DNA of 57,091 nt from a virus (IMGVR_UViG_2534681675_000025:1-57091), one strand, 5' to 3'; shown: positions 10,773 through 21,057, numbered from the stretch's first letter. The notes: generated by a model from the letters alone, not told the origin. A program made the numbers and translations.

Positions 10773-11021
10773 ATGAGCAACGACATTTCAATTCGTGTAC
10801 CAAAAGTGATGGCGACACCAGCTGAGTTCGCGGAATGGGAAGGCCGCTCTCGCGGTTCGGTATATCAAATGATTCATAATGGTAAACTCGCTAAATTCTT
10901 GGAAAGAAAAGAAAAACCGAAAGACAGAGTATGTATACGTTACCTTGAGTACAAAAAGGAACAAGTCAGGAAAAACATGGGCCAATCCAATTTCAACTTT
11001 AATGTCATCGTTGGTGACTAA
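10773..11021 (+). CDS. Apl/Cox-like small DNA-binding protein (excision/transcriptional control)
   Basis: 82 aa, first gene of the rightward operon opposite the repressor, as apl in 186 or cox in P2. Confidence 0.55.
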   Translation: MSNDISIRVPKVMATPAEFAEWEGRSRGSVYQMIHNGKLAKFLERKEKPKDRVCIRYLEYKKEQVRKNMGQSNFNFNVIVGD

Positions 11022-11053
11022 GTTCAATTATGAGAACTTTCTAAGGGGGCAGC

Positions 11054-11563
11054 ATGTTTGATTACAAGATTTCCAAACATCCGCATTTTGATGAAGCCTG
11101 TAGAGCTTTTGCACTACGTCACAATATGGCAAAGCTGGCAGAACGTGCAGGAATGAATGTTCAGACACTGCGAAACAAACTCAATCCAGAGCAACCGCAT
11201 CAGCTCACCGCACCAGAAATCTGGTTGCTTACCGATCTGACTGAAGATTCAACGTTGGTAGACGGTTTTCTGGCACAGATTCATTGTCTGCCATGTGTTC
11301 CGATTAATGAGGTGGCAAAAGAGAAACTGCCGCATTACGTCATGAGTGCAACTGCAGAGATCGGGCGTGTTGCTGCAGGTGCGGTATCTGGCGATGTAAA
11401 AACCAGTGCAGGTCGTCGTGATGCTATCAGCAGCATTAACTCTGTAACACGACTGATGGCGCTGGCGGCTGTTTCATTGCAGGCCCGTTTACAGGCTAAT
11501 CCTGCGATGGCAAGTGCAGTTGATACTGTAACTGGCCTCGGTGCGTCATTCGGTTTGCTGTGA
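11054..11563 (+). CDS. cII: Phage 186 CII-like regulatory protein
   Basis: 169 aa, begins MFDYKISKHPHFDEACRAFALRHNMAKLAERAGMNVQTLRNKLNPEQPH, matching 186 CII as I recall it. Confidence 0.75.
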   Translation: MFDYKISKHPHFDEACRAFALRHNMAKLAERAGMNVQTLRNKLNPEQPHQLTAPEIWLLTDLTEDSTLVDGFLAQIHCLPCVPINEVAKEKLPHYVMSATAEIGRVAAGAVSGDVKTSAGRRDAISSINSVTRLMALAAVSLQARLQANPAMASAVDTVTGLGASFGLL

Positions 11564-11570
11564 GGTGCTT

Positions 11571-11771
11571 ATGCTGACGAAAGAACCATCATTTGCATCG
11601 CTGCTGGTAAAACAAAGCCCGGCAATGCACTACGGTCACGGCTGGATCATGGGGGAGGATGGTAAACGCTGGCATCCGTGCCGTTCACAAGATGAATTGC
11701 TGGCAGAACTATCTACGAAAAAACGGGGGAACAAATGGCTATTGAAGGCGCTGCGGCGACTGTTCCATTAA
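11571..11771 (+). CDS. Hypothetical early protein
   Basis: ATG at 11571 directly after cII stop; 66 aa. Confidence 0.45.
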   Translation: MLTKEPSFASLLVKQSPAMHYGHGWIMGEDGKRWHPCRSQDELLAELSTKKRGNKWLLKALRRLFH

Positions 11772-12076
11772 GCCCCGGTGAACGCCTGAATGGACTTAAC
11801 CATATTGCGGAGTTAAGGGCGAAAGTATTTGGCCTGAATATTGAGTCAGAGCTTGAGCGGTTTATTAAAGATATGCGTGATCCACGGGATATCAATAACG
11901 AACAAAATAAACGGGCACTGGCTGCTATATTCTTTATGGCAAAAATTCCAGCTGAACGTCATAGCATCAGCATTAATGAGCTGACCACTGACGAAAAGCG
12001 GGAGTTGATTAAAGCAATGAATCATTTTCGTGCAGTGGTGAGCTTATTTCCCAGACGGCTAACCATGCCGAATTAA
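11735..12076 (+). CDS. Hypothetical early protein
   Basis: 113-aa ORF in the early operon. Confidence 0.5.
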   Translation: MAIEGAAATVPLSPGERLNGLNHIAELRAKVFGLNIESELERFIKDMRDPRDINNEQNKRALAAIFFMAKIPAERHSISINELTTDEKRELIKAMNHFRAVVSLFPRRLTMPN

Positions 12077-12143
12077 CCAACTAATGAAATTAATGGCGTA
12101 AACCCGCCGGGTATCCCTTTATCTAAATTCAGGAGAATTGATT

Positions 12144-12377
12144 ATGCGTAATATTGAAACCCTCACGACTAAAACCGGACCGGATGATGCAGGGCTTAAT
12201 ATTTTACTGACAGAGGCTCGTCTGGAAGAACGCCGGGCAAGGGCTGAAGCAATGGCAGCTCGCCTTGATAGCCTGGCGTGTCATATCACATCCCGCCAGC
12301 TAAACCACGTCGAAGCAGCAGAACTACTGCGTGTAACTGCTGAAGCAATCCAGAACGAAGCGCAGGAGATCCACTAA
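12144..12377 (+). CDS. Hypothetical early protein
   Basis: ATG at 12144 preceded by AGGAGA; 77 aa. Confidence 0.5.
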   Translation: MRNIETLTTKTGPDDAGLNILLTEARLEERRARAEAMAARLDSLACHITSRQLNHVEAAELLRVTAEAIQNEAQEIH

Positions 12378-12604
12378 TGGCTGATGCAATGGATCTTGTA
12401 CAGCAGCGCGTTGAAGAAGAACGCCAGCGCCATATCCGTGCTGCCCGTGCCAAAACGCCGGGCGTGTCCCGCGTGCTTTGCATTGAGTGTGAAGCGCCAA
12501 TTCCGCCAGCACGCCGCCGCGCCATTCCAGGTGTGCAGCTTTGCATTACCTGTCAGGAAATCGCAGAACTGAAAGGCAAACATTACAACGGAGGTGCTGT
12601 ATGA
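12377..12604 (+). CDS. TraR/DksA-family C4 zinc-finger protein
   Basis: 75 aa with CIECEAPI...CITCQ (four Cys); common small early gene in P2-like phages. Confidence 0.7.
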   Translation: MADAMDLVQQRVEEERQRHIRAARAKTPGVSRVLCIECEAPIPPARRRAIPGVQLCITCQEIAELKGKHYNGGAV

Positions 12605-13458
12605 GCACCATCCTGAAATGGGCGGGAAATAAAACCGCCATTATGTCCGAACTGAAAAAACACCTTCCTGCTGGCCCGCGACTGGTTGAACCTTTCGCGG
12701 GTTCCTGTGCTGTGATGATGGAGACGGATTACCCCAGCTATCTGGTTGCGGATATTAATCCTGATTTAATCAACCTCTATAAAAAGGTTGCCGCTGATTG
12801 TGAATCGTTTATATCTCGCGCCAGAGTTTTATTTGAGATCGCAAACAGGGAGGTGGCTTATTACAACATAAGGCAGGAGTTTAATTACTCCACTGAAATT
12901 ACTGATTTCATGAAAGCGGTATATTTCCTGTATCTCAATCGTCACGGTTACCGTGGTTTATGTCGCTATAACAAGAGCGGGCATTTCAACATTCCCTACG
13001 GTAATTATAAAAATCCGTATTTCCCTGAAAAAGAAATTCGCGCATTTGCAGAAAAAGCCCAGCGGGCAACGTTTATCTGCGCCAGCTTTGATGAAACGCT
13101 GGCGATGTTGAAGGCGGGGGATGTGGTGTATTGCGATCCGCCGTATGACGGCACGTTTTCCGGTTATCACACTGACGGCTTCACTGAAGATGACCAGTAT
13201 CACCTGGCATCCGTTCTTGAACATCGGTCATCAGAAGGACATCCGGTCATTGTTTCTAACAGTGACACATCCCTGATCCGTTCGCTGTATCGCAATTTTA
13301 CTCACCACTACATCAAGGCAAAACGCAACATCGGTGTGGCAGCTGGCGAGGGTAAATCAGCAACAGAAATCATTGCTGTTTCCGGGCCGCGCTGCTGGGT
13401 GGGATTTGATTATTCGCGTGGCGTGGACAGTTCTGCCGTGTACGGAGTACGTGCATGA
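12601..13458 (+). CDS. dam: DNA adenine methyltransferase (Dam-like, N6-adenine)
   Basis: Begins [11 protein letters not shown]; contains DPPY motif ([10 protein letters not shown]) and N-terminal SAM-binding region FAGSCAV. Confidence 0.85.
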   Translation: MSTILKWAGNKTAIMSELKKHLPAGPRLVEPFAGSCAVMMETDYPSYLVADINPDLINLYKKVAADCESFISRARVLFEIANREVAYYNIRQEFNYSTEITDFMKAVYFLYLNRHGYRGLCRYNKSGHFNIPYGNYKNPYFPEKEIRAFAEKAQRATFICASFDETLAMLKAGDVVYCDPPYDGTFSGYHTDGFTEDDQYHLASVLEHRSSEGHPVIVSNSDTSLIRSLYRNFTHHYIKAKRNIGVAAGEGKSATEIIAVSGPRCWVGFDYSRGVDSSAVYGVRA

Positions 13459-15869
13459 GTCATGCCGATATGAACAACTGCTGCGGCTTTAACGAGGCTA
13501 CCGCAGCATTCTCATGGAACAGCCCGAAAAAGGCCATTAACCCTTATCTGGACCCGGCGGAAGTTGCGCCGGTTTCTGCGCTTTCAAACCTGATCACTCT
13601 GTACGCTGCCGATAACGAGCAGGAACAACTGCGCCGTGAGGCACTGAGTGATCAGGTCTGGGAGCGTTATTTCTTTAATGAATCCCGTGATCCTGTCCAG
13701 CGCGAAATGGAGCAGGATAAGCTAATTAGCCGGGCAAAGCTGGCGCATGAGCAGCAGCGTTTTAATCCAGACATGGTCATTCTGGCGGATGTCAACGCCC
13801 AGCCTTCCCATATCAGCAAGCCGCTGATGCAACGTATTAAATACTTCAGCAACCTGGGCAGGCCAAAGGCTTATTCCCGCTATTTGCGTGAGACGATTAA
13901 GCCATGCTTGGAACGACTGGAGCATGTACGCGACAGCCAGCTATCTGCATCTTTTCGTTTTATGGCAAGCCATGAAGGGCTGGACGGTCTGCTGATCCTG
14001 CCTGAAATGAGTCAGGATCAGGTGAAACGCCTGTCCACCCTTGTCGCTGCGCATATGAGCATGTGTCTTGATGCCGCTTGTGGTGATTTGTACGCCTCCG
14101 ATGATGTTAAGCCGGAAGAAATCCGCAAGACATGGGAAAAGGTGGCAGCAGAAACCCTGCGACTGGATGTCATACCGCCTGCGTTTGAGCAACTCCGCCG
14201 GAAAAGAAACCGCCGCAAACCTGTGCCCTATGAACTCATTCCGGGTTCGCTGGCGCGTATGCTGTGCGCCGACTGGTGGTATCGGAAATTATGGAAGATG
14301 CGTTGCGAATGGCGGGAAGAGCAGTTGCGTGCTGTCTGTCTGGTCAGCAAAAAAGCATCTCCCTATGTCAGCTATGAAGCCGTGATGCATAAACGTGAGC
14401 AGCGCCGTAAGTCGCTGGAGTTTTTCCGTTCTCATGAACTGGTGAACGAAGACGGCGACACGCTGGACATGGAGGATGTGGTAAACGCCAGCAGCAGCAA
14501 CCCTGCGCATCGCCGCAATGAGATGATGGCCTGTGTTAAAGGCCTGGAGCTTATCGCGGAAATACGCGGTGACTGCGCCGTTTTCTACACCATCACCTGT
14601 CCGTCACGTTTCCATTCCACGCTAAATAACGGCAGGCCCAACCCGACCTGGACAAATGCGACGGTAAGACAAAGCAGTGATTATCTGGTTGGCATGTTTG
14701 CTGCATTTCGTAAGGCGATGCACAAAGCCGGATTGCGCTGGTATGGCGTGCGGGTGGCTGAGCCGCATCATGACGGTACAGTTCACTGGCACCTGTTGTG
14801 TTTTATGCGCAAAAAAGATCGCCGCGCCATTACTGCTTTGTTGCGTAAGTTTGCCATTCGTGAAGACCGCGAGGAGCTGGGGAATAACACGGGACCACGC
14901 TTTAAGTCTGAGTTGATTAACCCGCGCAAAGGAACGCCGACAAGCTACATCGCGAAATATATCAGTAAGAACATTGACGGGCGTGGTCTGGCTGGCGAGA
15001 TCAGCAAGGAAACGGGTAAATCCCTGCGTGATAACGCTGAATACGTGAATGCCTGGGCGTCTCTGCATCGTGTTCAGCAATTCCGCTTCTTTGGCATTCC
15101 GGGGCGTCAGGCTTACCGTGAACTGCGATTGCTGGCTGGTCAGGCGGCAAGGCAACAGGGTGACAAAAAAGCAGGTGCGCCGGTACTGGATAACCCGCGC
15201 CTTGATGCAATCCTGGCTGCTGCTGATGCTGGTTGTTTTGCCACCTACATCATGAAGCAGGGCGGCGTACTGGTTCCCCGTAAATATCACCTCATCAGAA
15301 CCGCTTATGAAATCAACGAAGAGCCAACCGCCTATGGCGATCACGGTATTCGTATTTATGGCATCTGGTCACCCATTGCAGAGGGCAAGATCTGCACTCA
15401 TGCAGTGAAGTGGAAAATGGTTCGTAAGGCCGTTGACATTCAGGAGGCGGCAGCCGACCAGGGCGCTTGCGCCCCTTGGACTCGTGGCAATAACTGTCCC
15501 CTTGCTGAAAATTTGAACCAACAGGAGAAAGATAAATCAGCTGATGGGGGCCCCAGAACGGACTTTACCCGCATGGATGACAAGGAGTTGCACGATTACC
15601 TGCACAGTATGAACAAAAAGGGGCGCCGGGAACTGGCTGCAAGGTTACGTCTGGTGAAACCGAAACGGCGTAGAGACTACAAACAGCGAATTACAGACCA
15701 TCAACGACAGCAGCTCGTCTATGAACTGAAATCCAGAGGATTTGATGGCAGCGAGAAAGAGGTCGATTTACTCCTTCGCGGCGGCAGTATTCCGTCAGGA
15801 GCAGGCCTGCGTATCTTCTATCGGAACCAGCGTTTGCAGGAAGATGATAAGTGGCGGAACCTGTATTAA
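13455..15869 (+). CDS. A: Replication initiation endonuclease (P2 gene A family, rolling-circle initiator)
   Basis: 804 aa; conserved region [16 protein letters not shown] and HxH region HWHLLCF typical of P2/186 A proteins. Confidence 0.9.
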   Translation: MSHADMNNCCGFNEATAAFSWNSPKKAINPYLDPAEVAPVSALSNLITLYAADNEQEQLRREALSDQVWERYFFNESRDPVQREMEQDKLISRAKLAHEQQRFNPDMVILADVNAQPSHISKPLMQRIKYFSNLGRPKAYSRYLRETIKPCLERLEHVRDSQLSASFRFMASHEGLDGLLILPEMSQDQVKRLSTLVAAHMSMCLDAACGDLYASDDVKPEEIRKTWEKVAAETLRLDVIPPAFEQLRRKRNRRKPVPYELIPGSLARMLCADWWYRKLWKMRCEWREEQLRAVCLVSKKASPYVSYEAVMHKREQRRKSLEFFRSHELVNEDGDTLDMEDVVNASSSNPAHRRNEMMACVKGLELIAEIRGDCAVFYTITCPSRFHSTLNNGRPNPTWTNATVRQSSDYLVGMFAAFRKAMHKAGLRWYGVRVAEPHHDGTVHWHLLCFMRKKDRRAITALLRKFAIREDREELGNNTGPRFKSELINPRKGTPTSYIAKYISKNIDGRGLAGEISKETGKSLRDNAEYVNAWASLHRVQQFRFFGIPGRQAYRELRLLAGQAARQQGDKKAGAPVLDNPRLDAILAAADAGCFATYIMKQGGVLVPRKYHLIRTAYEINEEPTAYGDHGIRIYGIWSPIAEGKICTHAVKWKMVRKAVDIQEAAADQGACAPWTRGNNCPLAENLNQQEKDKSADGGPRTDFTRMDDKELHDYLHSMNKKGRRELAARLRLVKPKRRRDYKQRITDHQRQQLVYELKSRGFDGSEKEVDLLLRGGSIPSGAGLRIFYRNQRLQEDDKWRNLY

Positions 15870-15962
15870 TTACGCTGGTTAACAATTCGTGCTCTTAATA
15901 ATACCAGGCATATCAGGCTGATAAGCGTAAAAAAAACGTTTTACATCAGTAAGATTATTATA

Positions 15963-15982
15963 TACTGTAAATATAAACAGTG
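15963..15982. promoter_or_regulatory. Candidate LexA (SOS) box upstream of the DinI-like module
   Basis: tactgtaaatataaacagtg = CTGT-N8-ACAG consensus, about 45 bp upstream of the 16024 ORF. Confidence 0.55.
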
Positions 15983-16023
15983 GTTATACATACAGCATTG
16001 CGTGTGGTGTCATAGGAGGAAAG

Positions 16024-16212
16024 ATGCAGGACTATTTTTTGGAGTCTTTGAAGCTCCAGCGCATTGATTTTTTTCTTAAGCTTGTAGCGGCTAGTGAGTG
16101 TAGTGATGAAGAGAAGGGGCTGGCTCTGCAGTGGGTTTCTGAATTGACTGATGAACTCATGGCAAAAATCAGAAGCCACGAATACAACCGCTCAATGGAT
16201 GTCATCAGCTGA
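16024..16212 (+). CDS. Hypothetical small protein, possibly Tum-like antirepressor N-terminal part
   Basis: 62-aa ORF downstream of the LexA box and immediately upstream of the DinI-like gene. Confidence 0.4.
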   Translation: MQDYFLESLKLQRIDFFLKLVAASECSDEEKGLALQWVSELTDELMAKIRSHEYNRSMDVIS

Positions 16213-16222
16213 GGTGACTTTT

Positions 16223-16456
16223 ATGCGCATTGAAATAATGATCGATAAAGAGCAGAAGATTAGCCAGTCTACCCTGGACGCCCTTGAATCCGAGCTTTAC
16301 CGCAATCTGCGCCCCCTGTATCCCAAAACGGTAATCCGTATCCGTAAAGGTAGCTCTAACGGTGTGGAACTGACCGGACTGCAACTGGACGAAGAAAGAA
16401 AACAAGTGATGAAAATTATGCAGAAGGTGTGGGAAGACGACAGCTGGCTGTATTGA
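16223..16456 (+). CDS. DinI-family protein
   Basis: 77 aa, MRIEIMIDKEQ...VWEDDSWLY, resembles DinI (MRIEVTI...WESADDWF). Confidence 0.75.
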   Translation: MRIEIMIDKEQKISQSTLDALESELYRNLRPLYPKTVIRIRKGSSNGVELTGLQLDEERKQVMKIMQKVWEDDSWLY

Positions 16457-16569
16457 TTTTGTCAATAGACGCTTGTTTTTACTAATCAAAAAGGGTTACA
16501 TATGAGTGAGAGGCGATGTCAATCAGATATCGCCTTGTTTTTTGTCAAGAAAAGAATAATAGGCTAAAA

Positions 16570-17247
16570 ATGAAAATTAATAATGTAGCGTTACCAATAT
16601 CTCTTGCTGTAATCCTAACTGGTTGCGTGCCACATGCTTCTAACCGAAATATCACTGCTATTGAAGTGGTGAAGCCTGCTATTGGGCAAAGTGCTACCGC
16701 CTACATGGGCGATCCCATTATCACATCTGCTACTGGATTTAAAACGGACGTACTAGAACTTGGTGCGGCTAATGGTGCATTGTCTTCTATCGCTGCTGGT
16801 ACATATTGCAGTGAGGGGAATGGAATTTACCGCAATTATCATAACCCTCAAGCTGTTGCGTTAAAAAATCTCTATGGGCAAATCGGTAACTATGTTGATT
16901 ATGTTAGTTACGATGCTGCAAAAAATGAGATATCACCGCCAAATGGTACTTCTTATACTGCATCAGAAATTTCTATCAAACGTGTTCCTGATGGGCTGTG
17001 TCGAGTTAGTAACTCATTGGTTAAGACTATCGAATACAATGGAAATGCAGGCGGTGTAATGAAGTTCACCTATCGTGAATTTGCAAACGATATGGCTCGT
17101 GCAGCATTTACAACAGATTTTTCTGTAGATTCTAAGGGAAGTGACGTTATCGCTTACAAAGGTGCCAAGTTCAAAGTGAACAAGGCTGATAACTCGTCTA
17201 TTTCTTATACAATTATTTCTGGCTTTGACAAGGCTGTCACGTTCTAG
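16570..17247 (+). CDS. Predicted lipoprotein, function unknown (cargo)
   Basis: MKINNVALPISLAVILTGC lipobox signal; 225 aa; lies between the replication gene and cos. Confidence 0.7.
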   Translation: MKINNVALPISLAVILTGCVPHASNRNITAIEVVKPAIGQSATAYMGDPIITSATGFKTDVLELGAANGALSSIAAGTYCSEGNGIYRNYHNPQAVALKNLYGQIGNYVDYVSYDAAKNEISPPNGTSYTASEISIKRVPDGLCRVSNSLVKTIEYNGNAGGVMKFTYREFANDMARAAFTTDFSVDSKGSDVIAYKGAKFKVNKADNSSISYTIISGFDKAVTF

Positions 17248-17350
17248 GTTTCACGCTTACTGAGTATGTTACGATTTTGCACATTCTGCATAAGCGCGCA
17301 TGTCTATGCTGCATGAGATCGCATGATCGTTTGAGGATCTTTTGTGTTAA

Positions 17351-17375
17351 GGCCCGCCAGTTCTGGCGGGCTTTT
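17351..17375 (+). terminator. Putative terminator after the lipoprotein gene
   Basis: ggcccgccag-ttc-tggcgggc stem followed by tttt. Confidence 0.5.
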
Positions 17376-17420
17376 GCGTAGATCATGCAGGTGCATGAAA
17401 ACCACTACATAAAGCGGGCA

Positions 17421-17439
17421 GGCGTGGCGGGGATACGAG
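17421..17439 (+). other. Candidate cos (cohesive end) site of prophage 1
   Basis: ggcgtggcggggatacgag followed by cgcgcgct; resembles the P2/186 cohesive-end sequence as I recall it (GGCGAGGCGGGGAAAGCAC then TGCGCGCT). Confidence 0.5.
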
Positions 17440-17549
17440 CGCGCGCTCATGGTTGAATTAATGAAATTATGGTGTTAAATAGGCTAGCTTTTTAAGTCGT
17501 GAATATTCAATTTTTCAACTCATTTTTTTCATAGGGAGGAGTAATTGAC

Positions 17550-18248
17550 ATGGTTATGTTAGTGGATGACTGTCCACGATGTGGATCACAAAAAATAGCG
17601 TTTGATGTTAATGGGCTGAATTGCACTAGGGTTTACAATGCATTGGGCGGGGGTAAAACATACGAGTACGAGGTCTATTGTGTTTGCCGAGAGTGTCATA
17701 AAACGACAATGTTTCTTTGCAGACCTTTAACGAAAAATAAAACTTTAGATGGCTATAATTGGGAAAGTGGAATATTCGGCTTAAAGGAAGTTGCAGAGGT
17801 TGTTAGGCCTATATCACCGGCAGACTTAGCAGTAGAGGAGCCACCAGAGTTCTTACCTGAGCATATCAATAGTGCATATGAGGAAGGGGCGAAATGTTTG
17901 GCTATAGGTTGTTATAATGCAGCAGCAACCATGTTTAGGCTTTGCCTTGATTATGCCACAAAAGGACTTCTTCCTGATGGGGAGCAAGGGCCTGCGCAAA
18001 AAATAAGGAGAAGCCTAGGGTTAAGAATGGAGTGGTTATTTGATAATCATCTACTGCCTGAAGCTTTAAGGGAACTAGCTGAATGCGTTAAAGATGACGG
18101 AAATGATGGAGCGCATGAAGGTATTTTGGATAAAGCTGCTGCTGAGGATCTTGAAGATTTTACCTATCTTTTTTTAGAACGGCTTTACACTGAACCTCAA
18201 CGCCTTATCGAAGCCAAGACAAGGCGTGAACAAAGAAGAAACAAATAA
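17550..18248 (+). CDS. Zinc-ribbon plus alpha-helical domain protein (possibly DUF4145-like), inserted between cos and Q
   Basis: 232 aa; N-terminal CPRCG...CVCRECH four-Cys ribbon; RBS gggagga before ATG; convergent with Q, 3' ends 8 bp apart. Confidence 0.7.
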   Translation: MVMLVDDCPRCGSQKIAFDVNGLNCTRVYNALGGGKTYEYEVYCVCRECHKTTMFLCRPLTKNKTLDGYNWESGIFGLKEVAEVVRPISPADLAVEEPPEFLPEHINSAYEEGAKCLAIGCYNAAATMFRLCLDYATKGLLPDGEQGPAQKIRRSLGLRMEWLFDNHLLPEALRELAECVKDDGNDGAHEGILDKAAAEDLEDFTYLFLERLYTEPQRLIEAKTRREQRRNK

Positions 18249-18256
18249 GTTCGGAA

Positions 18257-19294
18257 TTATTCTTCTGAAAGAATATAGGGCGTAAATTTAATCACTTCTT
18301 CGCCCAGCCAGTCGTTCAGCTCTTGTAGCCTTTTTTGCAAGGGAGTTAATTCATTACGTACAAATACGCGACTGGCCTTCTCCACATCCCCAAACCCTCC
18401 AACATTATTAGGCATAATCCCCATCATTTGCGGCGGCACGCGGTGCGCAGCCATCATGTCGTCGCGGCTGACATTTTTGATATTCAAAAACTCATCCTTC
18501 GCCGCGACTTCTGACAATGGGATGATCTGAAGCCCGTCTTTTTTGCCGTTAGGCGAGTACATAAACAGGTTGCGGAAGTTGCCTGGACCTTTGGCGCTTT
18601 TCATCGCATTGCGGAGGTTGTTCACATCCTCCTGGTTTTGCGCGGCATCGGTCATGTACATGATAAAGCCCGCATGACTGCCGTTAATGTAATACTTGCG
18701 ACGGAACAGCGTGGCGGACTCGTTGAGCAGGGCTGACGGAATGGCAGAAAGATAACCGGGCAGGCCGTAGATCTCCTGATTAATATCCGGTTCCATCAGA
18801 TGAAAAATGCTGCCTTTCGTGAACTGATACGGCTGGGTTGTCATACCGTATTGCACAAACCAGTAGGTATCCAGGTCTAACCCGCGTCGGGTGTATTTTG
18901 CCAGTGCAGGCTCAAGGGCGATAACTTCACCGAAGCGGTTCGTGCGTTTCTCCAGGTAGGCGTTACCAAAAACCAGATAGTCCTGCACAAAACGCGAAAA
19001 AGCCTGCTGGCTGAGCAGCGGGTGAGGGATGTAGGTGCTGGTCAGAATGTTGCACTTTACTGCAATCGGGGAACTATGATGCACGGCAGCGCGGAAGGTG
19101 CGCGCCAGTCCGTCAAAGCTGACGGGCGGCTCATACCAGCGGTCCATCTGTACGCATTCCACATAATCCAGCAGTTCTCGGCGGTCCAGAACAGGAACGG
19201 GATCGCCGAAGCTGAATGCTTCGGCTGTAGTTTGACTTTTAAGCTGGATCTGTTTCGTCGCCGCAGCGCGGTTCTTCTTACTCTTTCCCATCAA
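18257..19294 (-). CDS. Q: Portal protein (P2 gpQ family)
   Basis: 345 aa, P2 Q-like sequence and position next to terminase P. Confidence 0.9.
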   Translation of the reverse strand: MMGKSKKNRAAATKQIQLKSQTTAEAFSFGDPVPVLDRRELLDYVECVQMDRWYEPPVSFDGLARTFRAAVHHSSPIAVKCNILTSTYIPHPLLSQQAFSRFVQDYLVFGNAYLEKRTNRFGEVIALEPALAKYTRRGLDLDTYWFVQYGMTTQPYQFTKGSIFHLMEPDINQEIYGLPGYLSAIPSALLNESATLFRRKYYINGSHAGFIMYMTDAAQNQEDVNNLRNAMKSAKGPGNFRNLFMYSPNGKKDGLQIIPLSEVAAKDEFLNIKNVSRDDMMAAHRVPPQMMGIMPNNVGGFGDVEKASRVFVRNELTPLQKRLQELNDWLGEEVIKFTPYILSEE

Positions 19295-21057
19295 AAAATC
19301 TCCACAATATTGCTGGTATTGGCGGATTCGCCCTGCAGCGGTTCGTTAAACAGTGCGTGCATCGTTGCCCAGGCCAGATCGGCGTGGCTGGCTTCTTCGC
19401 TGCGGCTGGCTTCATAGGTCGGGCGGTTGCCACTGGCGGTGGTGGCGCGACGGATTGCCATAAAGGACTGCGCTATGTCGGTGTGTCCGGCGTCAAACTC
19501 CAGACGGCGGTGGCTGATAATGTCGTAGGCCTTGAGTACCAGGGCGTTTTTAACGTTGGGGTTGTAGACAAACTCCCGGACGGCAGGAAAAAACGCTTTC
19601 ACGTTCTCGTAAACCCCGTGACCAACGCCGGTTGAGTCGATACCGATATAGGTCACGTTGTACTGTTCGGTCAGTTTTTTGATGGCGTCAGCCTGGGCGC
19701 GGAAGTCCATTCCGCGCCACTGGTGACGCTCAAGAATGCGGAACTTACCGCCCGGCACGGCTGGCGGCGCCACCACCACGCATCCGGCGCTGTCGCCGTT
19801 CTGCGTACCTTTCGCCGGGTCATATCCGATCCACACTTCGCGCCAGCCAAACGGGCGCAGGGCCAGTGCATGAAAGTCGGTCCAGACTTCCCAACTGTCC
19901 ACCATGCACGCCTGCAGCTCGCTGAGCGGGAACACGGACGCGAGATCGTCCACGAACTCGCACATCAGCAGGTTCTGGTATTCGTCCGGGCTGTACTCCA
20001 TGCGCAACTGGTCAAGGTCGAACAGGTTACAGCCGCCGCGCACCGCATCTTCCACGGTGACTATCTGGCGGTACTGCCCGTCTGCGCACAGCAGGCCGGG
20101 GGCCAGATTGCTGTGGGACAGGTCGATGTCCACCTTATCGGCTTTGTTGCGCCCTCGGTTGAACAGCGCACCGGACCAGAACGGATAAGCACTGTGTGTC
20201 AGGCTGGATGGCGTGGAAAAATAGGTTTGTCGCCATTTTTTGTGAATAGCCATACCGGAAGCCACTTTGCGCAGCTCCTGGAATTTCGGTATCCAGAAAT
20301 ATTCATCCAGATACAGGTTGCCGTGGTAACTCTGGGCCGTGCGGGCATTGGTGCCGAGGAAGTAAAGCGTGGCCCCGTTAGGAAGCACCATCGGATCGCC
20401 TTTCAGCTCCACCTCGACTTCTTTGGCGAAGTCGATGATGTACTGCTTAAAGACGTGGGCCTGTGCCTTACTGGCGGAAAGGAAAATCTGGTTACGTCCG
20501 GTCAGCAGGGCGTCAATCAGGGCTTCACGGGCAAAGTAAAAGGTCGCGCCGATCTGGCGAGACTTCAGCAGGTTGCGGATGCGATTGGTTTTTCCGGCTT
20601 CCCACCAGTGGCGCTGGTAGTTGAACATGGAGGAATGGAAGATTTCTTCCAGCTTCTCAATCTGTTCATCGGTGAAAACATTCTTTTCCGGCTGACGGCG
20701 CGGCCCTTTGTTGCGGTTGGCGACGTTAGGGTTTAAGTCGGCTTCGTTGCCGCCATTGTTAAACTTGCCGATCCGCGCGTGGCGCTCCGACTGGCGCGCC
20801 AGCAGGTCAATTTCTTTGAAATCTTTCCCTTCTTTGTGCTCCTTCATAATGAGCTGGCAGTAGCGGGCGGCGGTGGTGAGCTGCATCTGATCCAGCGGCC
20901 CATAGTCACCCCACTTGTCGCGTTTTTTCCAGCTGTGAACGGTTGCAACTTTCTCGCCCAGCATTTCAGCAATGCGGGCTACGCGGTATCCCTGAAAGTA
21001 CAGCAGCATGGCCTGCCGACGGGGATCGAGATCTGCGGGTGTCAGTGTGGTGTTCAT
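19291..21057 (-). CDS. P: Terminase large (ATPase) subunit (P2 gpP family)
   Basis: 588 aa, overlaps Q start, divergent from capsid operon. Confidence 0.9.
   Translation of the reverse strand: MNTTLTPADLDPRRQAMLLYFQGYRVARIAEMLGEKVATVHSWKKRDKWGDYGPLDQMQLTTAARYCQLIMKEHKEGKDFKEIDLLARQSERHARIGKFNNGGNEADLNPNVANRNKGPRRQPEKNVFTDEQIEKLEEIFHSSMFNYQRHWWEAGKTNRIRNLLKSRQIGATFYFAREALIDALLTGRNQIFLSASKAQAHVFKQYIIDFAKEVEVELKGDPMVLPNGATLYFLGTNARTAQSYHGNLYLDEYFWIPKFQELRKVASGMAIHKKWRQTYFSTPSSLTHSAYPFWSGALFNRGRNKADKVDIDLSHSNLAPGLLCADGQYRQIVTVEDAVRGGCNLFDLDQLRMEYSPDEYQNLLMCEFVDDLASVFPLSELQACMVDSWEVWTDFHALALRPFGWREVWIGYDPAKGTQNGDSAGCVVVAPPAVPGGKFRILERHQWRGMDFRAQADAIKKLTEQYNVTYIGIDSTGVGHGVYENVKAFFPAVREFVYNPNVKNALVLKAYDIISHRRLEFDAGHTDIAQSFMAIRRATTASGNRPTYEASRSEEASHADLAWATMHALFNEPLQGESANTSNIVEIF

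Noticed and set aside
19723-20736. 337-aa plus-strand ORF opposite terminase P
   Set aside because: Antisense to a conserved terminase gene; no independent signals.
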